A model generated the notes under the pieces. It did no database searches. It was not told where the DNA came from and saw only the letters and a list, made by a program, of their open reading frames with translations. A DNA stretch of 61,569 nucleotides, counting the filler. It is 5 parts of 5 records of this genome, joined end to end, with 100 filler letters (N's around TTAATTAATTAA, not from the genome) between each part and the next. Parts side by side here need not be neighbours in the genome. Positions count along the whole stretch, not along the records: positions 20,203 to 26,335 come from DRR378314_7; positions 26,436 to 32,518 come from DRR378314_8; positions 32,619 to 49,090 come from DRR378314_9; 2 more parts are not named here. The stretch is one strand, 5' to 3'. Shown piece after piece: positions 24,601 through 36,029 of the stretch (positions are counted from its first letter, which is position 1; the number at the start of each line of letters is the position of its first letter). The translations under genes and the position numbers were made by a program.

Positions 24601-26335
24601 ACCAACCTAAGGTCTAGCATACACCCAACGTTCCATGGATTCTCAACGCGCACCTTCGAGGTCGCTCCCGGTCAAGGTAGCATCACTTCTCTATCACTAG
24701 CTCGTATATTATGTAGCAATGATGTCTCTCTTCAGAACGCCCTGAATCTTTTCATCGCGTGTCCCTTACTGCTTATCTACGCGCGGAAGAGTGCGAAGTT
24801 TCCCAGATCGATGCGGAACGAAAAAGCTGACACTCGGACTACAGAACGTGCTTCCAGTCTGTTCTTGCGTTCGTTCTTACCGTTCGAGTCGTCGCGATGA
24901 ATATTTCGCACAGCAGTCTGAAAGCGCAGAACCAAAGAGTGCTCCACTTGTAATCGATCGAGACCGCAGCCTTTCTTACGACAGCAGGCTGCTGAATCAT
25001 ATCGTCGGTGCTGTTGAAATGCGTTACTGTTGGATGCAGTTCGAAATCCATTTCGCGAGTGCCGCTCCCGTTTCAGCTTTTGCAATATATACAAGCTTCT
25101 CCGTTTTGGTACGAATGTGCAAAATTTTGGAGAAGACGGATCGAGAAGGGAAACAAAGCAGCGCAAGATGGACAGGTCACGCGGGTGGTGCTGTACGTGC
25201 TGACTATGGCTTAGGCATAGCGGGCAACGGAGAGCCTGAAGCACGCCGACGACCGCTGTGCGGCTCACATACGCTACCGCGCACGCAACCAACGACCAAC
25301 GCAAAGCCTTGTGTGCAGCGTTCGGTCCAACATACAGACGTATCCTACTCCCGATCCAAAGTTCGCAGAGCGCTCTTAAGAAAAAAAAAGAGCGCCGCAT
25401 GGCCGCTAACGGGGCCGCCCGCTTCCACCGCCGCAGGAGCACAAAATACCACTGCAATCAGTGTCCACTCGTCGTGCACGCTGAAACGCGGGCGGGCCTC
25501 ACGGCTTACCTCTTAGCTCCGCCGCTCGACTAGCACGATTCGCGCTCATACGTGCGCGCGCGTAGGTTGCGCATCGCAATATACGCTCGCTCGCCGCTGG
25601 TACGGCTCGCACACCACGACGGCACCTCCGAGGTCGTACCCGGCGAGCAGTGCAGTAAACGATCTGACGCGTCTCTTTCACCGGAGCGGCATCACTTGCA
25701 GCTAGGTCTGGATGTGATGGGAACACCACACTACCCAGCATATCCGCCCAGCCTGTTCCAGCCGCAGCTGGGATCCGTTTTCACCGTCTCACACCCACAG
25801 CTCACCGTTATCTCGGCGTCAGCTTGCTCGCCGAGACACCAGTCTGTTCATTCCGGCCCGATCACAAGCGCCAAGTGCACCACAGGCAGAGCCAGACCCG
25901 CACGACTGACGCGCTCGCGGAGTGTTCCGCACTATTCCAGCAAGGTATCTTGGCGTTCTGTCTCGCCGCGAGCGGAGGAACCCATGACGCATAGTGCTCG
26001 CCACTCGCCTCCAGCGCCCCTTGTAACCGATGCCCGGGCCGAAGCGCTCGGCTGTGTAGGATTCACAAACACTCGCGCAGCTCGCGCAGCTCGGGTCACG
26101 CCTGCCGTGGGCGCACGTTGCAACGCTTCCCCAGGCGCTCCGCTCGCGCAACACTGCCGTAACAGCTCCTTTTCTCCACAATACGCGCACAGCCATGCAG
26201 GACAAGCCCCGCCAGATCATCCCCCTTGTCCATTGCGATAATGTCCAATAGCTACGGATTAAGCGTATCGCGGTGCACTGCTGCGTGGGGAGCCGGCACC
26301 CAGATGTGTACAGCTGCAGTGCCGTCGCGTCGCGC

Positions 26336-26435
26336 NNNNNNNNNNNNNNNNNNNNNNNNNNNNNNNNNNNNNNNNNNNNTTAATTAATTAANNNNNNNNN
26401 NNNNNNNNNNNNNNNNNNNNNNNNNNNNNNNNNNN
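26336..26435. other. Artificial contig spacer
   Basis: 44N-TTAATTAATTAA-44N. Confidence 0.97.
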
Positions 26436-27167
26436 GCGCCCGAGGTGTGCGACGGCAAGAGCGCTGCGTGCCCTGCAGATGCGTTCAAAGAAAAGGATAT
26501 CGTGTGTGCACCTTCGAAAGGACCATGCGGTGTGGAGGGGCGCTGCAGCGGCCGGGGGCCCGCCTGCATCGGCGAGGGTAGTGTGCGACCGGCCTACACG
26601 GAGTGTCGGCCAGCAGCGGGACCGTGCGACGTGCCCGAGCTGTGCGACGGCAAGAGTGCCGCCTGCCCTGCGGACAAGCTTCTGCCCGCGCGTCACCAGT
26701 GCTCGCCACCGCGAGACGTGTGTGAGAAGGCGTCTCGATGCGACGGCCAAAGCCCGGCATGCCCGGAACACGCGCTTCGCGAGCAAGGATTCGTGTGCCG
26801 ACCTGCCGTCAGCACTTGTGATGAGCCTGAAGCATGCACGGGAAATCGCACGGACTGCCCAGCAGACCAGAAGTCTCCTGTCGGAAAGCACTGCACCTTT
26901 CACAATGCGACGCTCACTGGGCCAGGCGTCTGTATCGGTGGTGGCCTGTGCGCTTTTGTCGCGCCGCCAACTGCTCCTCCTTCGGGGAGTAAAGGTCCAG
27001 GCGAAGGCGAACCTCCTGACGTGATTGCGATGCTGCTCGTTGCAACAGCGGCTCTCGGCTCAGTGGTACTTGTGCTAGCAGTTGTGCACGCGCTGCGGCG
27101 CTGCCGGGAGCGCCTGCGACCCTCGTACGAGCGCGTCATCTTGCGGGACGATGAAGTCCCTTTCTAA
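26436..27167 (+). CDS. 5'-truncated single-pass membrane protein with tandem disintegrin-like Cys repeats
   Basis: ~32-aa units such as CRPAAGPCDVPELCDGKSAACPAD (four plus a partial one), Pro/Gly linker, TM VIAMLLVATAALGSVVLVLAVVHAL, short basic tail with YERV. Confidence 0.85.
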   Translation, partial: APEVCDGKSAACPADAFKEKDIVCAPSKGPCGVEGRCSGRGPACIGEGSVRPAYTECRPAAGPCDVPELCDGKSAACPADKLLPARHQCSPPRDVCEKASRCDGQSPACPEHALREQGFVCRPAVSTCDEPEACTGNRTDCPADQKSPVGKHCTFHNATLTGPGVCIGGGLCAFVAPPTAPPSGSKGPGEGEPPDVIAMLLVATAALGSVVLVLAVVHALRRCRERLRPSYERVILRDDEVPF

Positions 27168-28278
27168 CCGTCTACGCTGTAACACAAAAATGCGACTGTA
27201 CGGAGTATGTTTGAGAGAATACTTGGCCACAGGAGCCACTGCTGCATTCTGGCAGAGGCTCAGTGCGAGGCGTACGAGTTCGTAGATGCTGTCGATAGCC
27301 ATTGCCACCGGAAATTGTACCGAGGCGCAAAAGTGCGCCCTAATGTGGGATTGAGGAGCACGAATACATGCATGTGCTCCATTGCAGGAAATAATCATTC
27401 ACTGTACAAGATTGTCACCGGGATTTGGTTCGTGGAAAGGGAATCGGACGCGGGGAGAAGTCAGCAGCGTACAGGCAGCTGGCGAGGCGCATCAGGCCGC
27501 GCGATACTTAGGGAGCACAAGCACTTCGCTTAAACGCTGCACAGGTTACCGCTGTCGCTCTCTAATACCGAGCTCCTGGCAATGAAACATGATCATGCCA
27601 AAAAATGGGACTGAAGCGCGCAGGTCACTCAGCGACCAATCCGACACTCACAGGCTGTATTGGCTCACGGTGGTCTGCTTCACCAGACGATTTCGTGGGC
27701 GCCCTGTGCCCAGATGATCCCAAAACGCAGGATCGCCCCGCGGAAAGGCGTGACTGGTTGCACGGACTCGGCAACTTCAAATATTTCGATGCGCAGGCAA
27801 ACACACAGCCCCATCGCCCGCGCTACCTGTTTGGTGAGGGCCTTCTTCTCGGCTTCGAGAACACACGTGGCCCAACCATCGCGCCCGGGCACGTCAGGGT
27901 TCGTGCCACCGCGGGGTTTCTTCTGCAGCTACAGGTTCACGCTCCACAACCAATCACGTTCCAGCTACTGTACAAAGTCGGCAGAGTTCATCGCATTCGC
28001 AAACGCACGAACATAACGCGTAGAGCTTGCGGGTTTGCTTGGCGGTACGCGGCCAGCGCCCGCGTTCTCCTTGTCCTGGACAGGCTCACGGTCTGGCGTC
28101 CGCACGCCATCCCCCTATTGAGACAAAAAAAAAGCGAGCGCGGGGGCGCCATTCAGTAAGCATGTCGCCAGCATTAGTACAATACAATGTGCAATCCTCC
28201 GTACGACTCGGAGGATGGAAAAAGTTTCCGGTGCAAACCGCACAGTAAAAAGTGTACAGCACAAACGAGCACACGCAC

Positions 28279-28500
28279 CTGCTGTGTGTACAACGTCGCA
28301 AGAGGACGCCGTCGCTCGGACGGCACAGCTTTCTTCGCGACCATGGCTTTCTTCTTCACTTCAAACTGATCCACCATACACGCAGTAGGATCAATGTTTT
28401 CTTTGTCGTCTCCCACCGTTGTTGCATACGGCGCCCATATCGGCTCCGTGTCCGCACTGCTTGTGTCGGACAAGGGTGTTGACGGTGAGCCGTTCTGCAT
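28279..28500 (-). CDS. Probable first exon of a small disordered protein with KEN-box and D-box (APC/C substrate or inhibitor-like); downstream exons unresolved
   Basis: MQNGSPSTP..DDKENIDP..RRRPLATL..QQ, ending in phase 0 at a strong CAG|GTGCGT donor. Confidence 0.5.
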
Positions 28501-31500
28501 GCTGGAAAATGATTGCGGCCAGCAGCAACAGCGTACGCCAGCCTTGTCAGCCCGCTCCTGTTGCCCTCCTGCATACTCACACCATCCGCAGTGCGGATCC
28601 GCACCCGCTCCCGTCTGAGTTATTGTGGACATGTCCCTTACGATGCTCACGTTTCCAGCTTTGTAGTGCAAGTCTCGAGGCGGGCTGACAGGGAAACCCA
28701 TACGGTCCTGCCATTCATGCAGCTGCCACAAAAAGGCCGAGTGGGCACGCGACCCGCTCTTGCATTGCACGTGTGCACTCGCACGCACCACTCCCGCCCA
28801 ACACGCATTGCAGGAGCGCGGCGGAAACTAAACAATTTTCTCATCCATCATGCATCAATCCAGAAGTGAATCATTTCGCTGCGGCGAGGAGATCGCAAGA
28901 TCAGGCGCCAGTTGCGACTTGGGGAAGAGTGTGCAACAGGAGCTTCGCCACAGCGCGCGCTGCGGCCGAGCGCCCTTGCCCGCGCCAGCGCCAGCGCCAG
29001 CGCCGCCAAACCCACCGTTGCCTGCAAGTCACTCACTGGCAACACAGCACCTCAGGCCGACGGAAAGCACCACGTGCGCTGGCACATCCGTGAAACCGCT
29101 ATATTTTTGATACAGCTTCACGCGTTTGCTGAGTAGGTCTCATGAAAGCGGGCAAAGGGGAAACCAACTAGCGCCCCGTCGCTTGTGGCGCGCAAACGAG
29201 CAAATGAATTCACGCGCAGTTTCGCGCTCTGTTTGGGCGCCGCTCCTCCAAACGTGAGCAAGGGATAGTGCTTGGTTGCTTCGACACGCCGGATCGGCAC
29301 ACCTGTGCACAAAGCATGCCACACGCATCCCTTGCTGGAGTGCTTTCTCAGCCTACAATTCGTAAAAGCGAAACCCTGTTTGGGCTGTGACAAAACGCGA
29401 CACCACTGCCACGCGTGTCGCTCGCTGCAATCTGCCTCCAGGGAACCGCTCCGGCGGCTCCTCTGCTCGCGGACACAGCCGGCAGGCAGCGCGTTTGTGC
29501 CAGTGTCAAACGCGCTGGAACGCGGCGAGGAATGCACGACGGTGCACAACGTACATTTTGCTGCACTACCTAGCGCAAGCTAGACAGTCTGCAATACACG
29601 GCACTAATGAAGCGCGTCGAGTACGCTCCAGGTATGCAGTTCGATCTGAAATGCGCTCGCCACAGCCAGCGCACGCAGTCGTTCTCGCGCCCTCCGGTCA
29701 GTGAACTTGCTCGCCGCTGTGATGTGCGGGAGAATGAAGCCGAACGTGCAGATGCGTTTCGCGCGCAGACTCGCCATTTGCTGGGGCGGAGAAATGGTGG
29801 TTGATCCCCCACTTCCCCAACCGTTACCGGCAAGCCCTACGTCGCAAGGCGCAGTCATTTGCCGGCACGGAAGACAGCAAGTTTGGGTCATCTCTACCCT
29901 AGGCTTAACCCAAACTTTATCGTACCACTACTCTCGCTCGACTGAGTGCGCATCCAAGGGAGCTTCCTTAGGCGCAGTCGCCCGCACGGCAGAGCTAGCG
30001 CGGTGGAAATCTACAAGCACGAAACCAACATCGTTTCGGGAGCTATCATCCTGCCAATTCTCCATCAATAAGGCGCTCCCTTGAGAGAATCGGTTTTGTA
30101 TCTCAGAGGAAAACTGCAACGCCACCTCAAGCCCGCTAGTTTCGAGCGACTGTTGAAACGCGCACAGAGCAACGGAAAGCAGCGCTCCTCGCAGGCGCCT
30201 TGCCAAGCTCCCCCTGCCCCGATACCTTTTTTCTCGTATCCCGCGTCATGGCCAAGCGAGCTCACATACCTTGATCATGGAAGGTGCGCTCGATCCGAAA
30301 CGGGCGCGCACGCGGAGGATTCGGTGGGCCGATAGGGGCGACAAGAGCAGCGCTGGGCCTGAAAGCCGCCCGCCAAGACTTTGTTAACAACCGCAAGAGA
30401 AAGTACGCTCTTCGTACGGTGGAGACACCACGGAGAGGAAGTCCCTCTACCGTACGTACAAGATGCGCGCCTGCCTTTTCTCCTTATTCGTGGGCTCGAA
30501 CTACAGCCTGTCGCAAATTTCGTTGTACAAGACTCTATGTAGTGCGCCAAGACGGGCGCGACAACGTCGCCCGTGACTGTGGGTAGACCCATTCCCAGGG
30601 TGCGAGCCTCAGTTGGCTGTACGTCACTTGTAGTAGAGCTTGTTGGTCCACAACGTTACATCCATACTTCCTCAGCATGAAATAAATTTCGCAATATCAA
30701 ACAATCGCGCGCGATTCGTGTTTGCTCTTTATCACAGAGGAAGCGGGCATTCTTGCGCAACAAACAACGCGCAGTCCCGGTTGGAACGCATTGTCACAAC
30801 GGCTGTACAAACGCGGACTGTTCCTCCTGCTTCCTCGCCCTGAAACGCGCGAACTGAAGTGAGCTCAGGTTGGTCGAAAGTATGCAGGTCACCTGAAGAA
30901 AAATAAAAGTCTTTGCGGGGAATCTTGTAGCGGTTGTTGGGACTGTACGTACGTGCTGCCGCAGTAGCCGAGTGCCGCGTTGCCGTTTACGCAGGCCGGC
31001 CCGTGTGGGCGACGCGCTCGCGTTGGGCGAAGATCTCCTTGGCACGAGTCGCGCTGCGCAACGGGCGGTCTTTTACGCGCGTAGCAACAGGAACACCATC
31101 CTATACGGCCCCACCTGTGCATACAAGCTCCACAGCAAGGAAGATATTAATCACTGTACCCGCGGTTGACCGCGACCAAGGAGCATAACGAGCCGAGAAA
31201 GTGCCTTCCAAACCAAAGCCCAAGAGTCGCGCAGATCTCCGCAGAGGACACGAATGGATATTTTCGCTGCAGCGCAATGTTTCGGTGCTGGGGCGGTGGA
31301 GGAGGGGGATCTGAATTGCGACGAGACTGATCACGAACTTGAAACTGTGTAAATTATTGGAGATCGTGAAACTCCAGTGCACTTTGATTGTTGTGTAAAA
31401 TATATCAGCCCTGTATCTTATGATCCAAAATAATTTGCACAGGATGACAGAAGGGTGTCTCGGAGATTCTGTGCCTCGGGCGACTTGCGCATGAATGGGC

Positions 31501-31761
31501 ACGCCGCTGCCGTCGCGCGCAACGTAGAGGTAGCTATTTTAGCGCTTGGCAGCAGCGTCGAGCCCTTGTAGGAAGTACCTGTGTGCAAAACACGGCCAAA
31601 CACTGCGCCGCTTGCTCCTGGGCTTGCTGTAGACGGACTCCCGGCCAACGCTCTGTCCAGCCGAATAGTGCGCGAGCGTCCTTCGCACCTCTCCTGTAGC
31701 TGCTTTGTTTGTTTGTTTTTTTAATTTTCTCTCCATTCGTTCTATCCTGATTCACACAAGT

Positions 31762-32356
31762 ATGTCCTCAAGTGAGGGATTCTCGCAAGGAAGGCGTTCC
31801 GCGCGCGTGGACGGTGCCGCCGGCGGCGCTGGGCGCAGGGTGCGGCGCGACTCGTGGAAGCAGCAGTCGCTGTACAAGACCGAGCTGTGTCGATCCTGGG
31901 AGGAGTCCGGCTCGTGCCCGTACGGCACAAAATGCCAGTTTGCCCACGGAGCGGACGAGCTGCGCCCGTTGCAACGCCACCCCAAGTACAAAACGGAAGT
32001 CTGCCGCTCGTTCCACAGTACCGGAACATGCCCGTATGGAACACGCTGCCGATTTATTCATATATCACGCGAGGTGGATATGCGGCAGAAGCGCCTGGTA
32101 TGTTGCGCGGAGTACCCCGCGCATGCGCGTGCGGTGCGGCGTTTCGCGTTCCTGTTCCGTGCAGGCGGCGTGCGCGCGGGCCAAGAATCCTCCGCCTGCT
32201 ACACGCCGCCACCCGACGCACTGCGCCCAACCTGCACCCAAGAGTGTTCGAGAACGTCCCCTTGCCGCATCACCAAACGCACGCTCCGCCGGGCGACTCG
32301 CCGTATTATCACTTGATGTAGCGCGTGAAATGGACAAATGTGCATGCCCTGCATGA
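31762..32356 (+). CDS. Tandem CCCH zinc-finger ARE-binding protein (TIS11/ZFP36/Cth family); exons 31762-32097, 32165-32356
   Basis: LYKTELC-x8-C-x5-C-x3-H, 18-aa spacer containing RHPKYKTEV, second CCCH finger. Confidence 0.93.
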
Positions 32357-32518
32357 TGTATGCACTGTACTGATGTTAAACGGCCAGTTGTGCTGGCTTA
32401 CAATTTGGCAGCGGGTAGGTCGTTTGCGGTGGCGGTGTTCGCCACCCAATGTGGAGCTGCTGCGTAGCCCAAATCCGTGACGTCCGTGCGATGCCGCGCC
32501 GTGGAGATCTTGTACAGG

Positions 32519-32618
32519 NNNNNNNNNNNNNNNNNNNNNNNNNNNNNNNNNNNNNNNNNNNNTTAATTAATTAANNNNNNNNNNNNNNNNNNNNNNNNNN
32601 NNNNNNNNNNNNNNNNNN
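32519..32618. other. Artificial contig spacer
   Basis: 44N-TTAATTAATTAA-44N. Confidence 0.97.
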
Positions 32619-33938
32619 TTGCTGCGAACACGCCCCTCCGGTCCTCAATTGGCAGTACATTTTGTGCATTCCCAAGCCCCCTGTATCATATAATTTCCCC
32701 TGAGTAGTAGATCAGAGAGCGGAAGAGATAATGCTATTGCGTACTCAAAGAAACATAGAATGAGATTACCCTTCTAATTTTTCAGTCACATATGTATCGT
32801 TCTTTGCAGCGGCGCCTCCGCCGCTGTTGCCTCTTTTGCTGTGGAAAATATCTGCTGTCACTTTGCAGCGCAAATGCCTTTCTGTCATAACAAATTGGCG
32901 GCTCATCATTGAGAAATGGAACATGGTAGTAAAAATGGACAGAAATATCTTTATTAACGCTACAAACATTCCGACGGTCACGCGCGGGGAGAAATTGCTT
33001 CAGAAAGAGACATTCGGCGTATACGGGCTCTGCCCATTTCAGCCCTCACCACGAGCACCGAAAACGTGTTGCCGCGACAGGGATTTCGAAGAAGCACAGA
33101 ACGCATGCACTTTCACATTGCATCAGTATTTGCCAAAAGTACCCGGCATACGCACCGGGTACAGCACTGTCAATAAACGCTACCCTCAATACTTTGCGGC
33201 GAAATCAAAGGAAGGGCGCTACCCTGGCGACAGGCGTGCTCGTCGCTTCAGGTACGCAACGTGAACCTCCTCTCGCATTAGCAGCCGAGCGCGGAAATTC
33301 TGCTGATGGAGTCTCCTCAACCGTGACAAGCGATTCAGCTTATTGACACTACGTTTTCATACCCTTTCGAGCCCATGCAAGGTGCTCTGGACTCGATGAG
33401 GACTCGTCAGACTGCGGCCAGATTGGCTGACGTTTCCCTCACGAGACAGTCTGCGTTGCACGCCAAGTCCGGCGTGGTTGATATGGATGTATTGCTGCTT
33501 CGTACTTGCCCTACCGGCGCACAAGCGTGCGACGAAGCCATCTGCGTGATGAGAACAAATAGCATGAATAATTGCCAAGTTTGTCGGAATAACGATCGTG
33601 GGACCAATCCAGCGCGCTGCAAGGGCCGCGCGGACACTGGGGCAATGGCCGAGGTCCGTTCCAGGACGCGCACGGTTGGATCGCTGTCGCGTACGGCTAT
33701 TCATATCCCATAGCAGCTTTCCGAACTTGTCATAATAACCTCTCATGTGAATCGGTTTCATAGGGGTAGAGAATCGAAACCTTGGCCGCGCAATCCAGCT
33801 GCCAAGCCAGTCCGGTTGACCGGCCTGCATGTACGCCTCACGCATCCATTTCCGTCCATTCGATACCTGCCGGCATGCAACGCCACCTGCAGGCGAAGTC
33901 GCGGAAATACCTGCGCGACAGGTTGCAGACAAGTAGCG

Positions 33939-35333
33939 ATGCCGTACGTGGACGGCCAAGGTACGAGTGACACCAGCGCCGCGCGAAACTCTTGCCGGCA
34001 CATGAACGTATACACCTATATCTCCGTGCAATACTGCTGGATGGTCTGCACTTGTGTAGTATCGAGAGAATTTGTCGCTGGAATGCAGCGACGTGCTTGG
34101 TCGCTGCGCGCTCGGTGACGCCTTGCAGCGCGTTCGCGTTGCGACGTGCTGTTCCTTTCACTGTGCAGCACGATGGAGTTTTTCCTTGCGGCACCTGTGA
34201 GTCGTTTTCCGCGAAAAAATAGTCGATCGAATCGCAATTCTTTTTTTGATGTCTCAAATTCATCCTTTCTTCATTCGCGCGTTCTTTTCTTTTGTCTGCA
34301 GGGAGCATACGCGGGCAGGTGTGGTTCGAACGTGCTGGGCGAGCATACTGTTTCGCATGTGCCTAGTCGATGTTTCTCCTCTCCGCACTGCTATTCGTGC
34401 AGCGCCAGCTTCTCCGCAAACGTGGCTCCTTCTTCGATTCTATTTTTACGCTCGCGGTTTCATAACAACAAGAACGAAATAATAACAGAGTCTTTGTTTC
34501 GTTGCTGAGAGGATTCTGTTCCGGGGGTATTCGCACCATTGCAATCCAACGCGCTACGCGGCGGCTTCTCAACGCCTTTGGCAGACGGCTGACGTCATAG
34601 CCAAGCGGCGCGCGCCAGCAATTTACCTCTCAACTGCGCACTCTGTTTCACTTTCACTCTCTTATCCTGTGGGATCCGTGCCAACGCAGAGGCCTCGAAC
34701 GAGCCTAACGTATATAGTTGATCTCTTTTGGAGAATTATCGATGGTATTTACTACTTCTTCATGACAATGATCTCGGTGCGTGCTTCCACTTCGTCTCGG
34801 GCTGCACCACTGTCACCTCCAACGCTCCACCGGCGGCAGAACCGAGGGACGGAAAACCTCACACGTGTGCGCGGCCGCCTGGCAGCGACTGCAAACTTCT
34901 CACTTCCCGCGCGCTCTAATCCCCCCTCATGTGTTCGCTTCACAATTTTGTTCGATCTGGTCTCTACCCGTGCAGCCGGATGCGATAAGCCAATCCAAGG
35001 GCCCTGGCCACACGCAGTACCGGCGTGGCAGAGGCGGGCCGGGCGGCGGCGGAGGCGGCGGAAGAGGACCGCGCCCGCCCATGGGCCGCGTCGGCGGCAG
35101 CGGAGGAGGATCAGGTAACAATTCATCCTCGCGCACAGGCAATGCCTACTCCCTTGGACGTCGCTTGCTGGATATTATCCATGCAGTTCGTTTGGCCTTG
35201 TTTGGCCGCTTGCGCGGCATGTGTATGAGTGCTTACCTTGCTTTGTACACACCTTGTCCCAATGCGATGCGCGGCGCGCTCCTTGGCGTTCGCAGGGAGT
35301 ATGCCGATGTTCCGCGGTGGTGGATGAGGCTAA
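33939..35333 (+). CDS. SELENOK: Selenoprotein K, 100 aa, Sec encoded by TGA 35325-35327; exons 33939-33960, 34302-34318, 34690-34776, 34976-35114, 35296-35333
   Basis: Spliced MPYVDGQGSIRGQRPRTSLTYIVDLFWRIIDGIYYFFMTMISPD..GRGGPGGGGGGGRGPRPPMGRVGG..SMPMFRGGG-U-G*: SelK N-terminus, single TM, Gly/Pro tail; SECIS downstream. Confidence 0.93.
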
Positions 35334-35541
35334 TTTACCCTCTGCACGAACAAGCGGGAGTAGTGTGCTCCTATATACATTTAAACTTTGTTCGTGTACG
35401 CATATTATACGGGCCACTCAAGCATAGTGGCGGCTTTGCGTACACAGAGTGCACCTCCCGGTCTTGTCGCAGAGGGAATAGGGGCAGCGCTGCCCCGGCA
35501 GGTTTGCGGCTGGCGGCCTTCCCAGGGCCGTGGCTGCGGGG

Positions 35542-35613
35542 CGCACGCGTTCCAGCGTTGATGTATCTGTGGAAAAGCCGACTTGGTCCCACAGAGGCGG
35601 AGCTGCGCGTGCG
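35542..35613 (+). promoter_or_regulatory. SECIS element (type II) in the SelK 3' UTR
   Basis: Helix I CGCACGCG/CGCGTGCG; core UGAU(35559-62)/GGAG(35599-602); helix II GUAUCUGUGG/CCACAGAGGC; unpaired AAAA 35573-76; apical mini-stem GCC/GGU. Confidence 0.85.
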
Positions 35614-36029
35614 GGCCTGCCTGTGAAAGAATTGCTACATCTCTGTTTCTCGCCCGGCTACGTTCCTTCGTTTTCCTGGCGCGTGCGTGCATCGTTCGCT
35701 GCGTCACGGCATTTTGCCGACGCGTACTGCTGTGCAGTTGTGTCCGCAGCGAAACCAATCGTGCGCATATACATGAATATGGATTCAAACAAGGAAGAAA
35801 AGCTTCGGGGTAGGCATTCGCTCGGGAACAACGCCGCCATTACATTAGCGAATTCATTTCCGTAACCAGGACACACTCGCGCCCAGCGCGTGCCGCTCGC
35901 AAGTGGCTGCAGGTAGCGGCCGCAAACAGCCTAGCACAATCATGTATCAAGCCATTCACACGCAGTGTGAATACCACTTGCACTCATACAAGGGCTTCAA
36001 GCACTTTTAACAGTGCGTTGCAAGAGGAT

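Noticed and set aside
23754-26241. Long ORFs of 226-271 aa on both strands
   Set aside because: Arg/Cys/Ser-rich composition typical of GC-rich non-coding frames; no motif or consistent splice model; no transposase or RT signature
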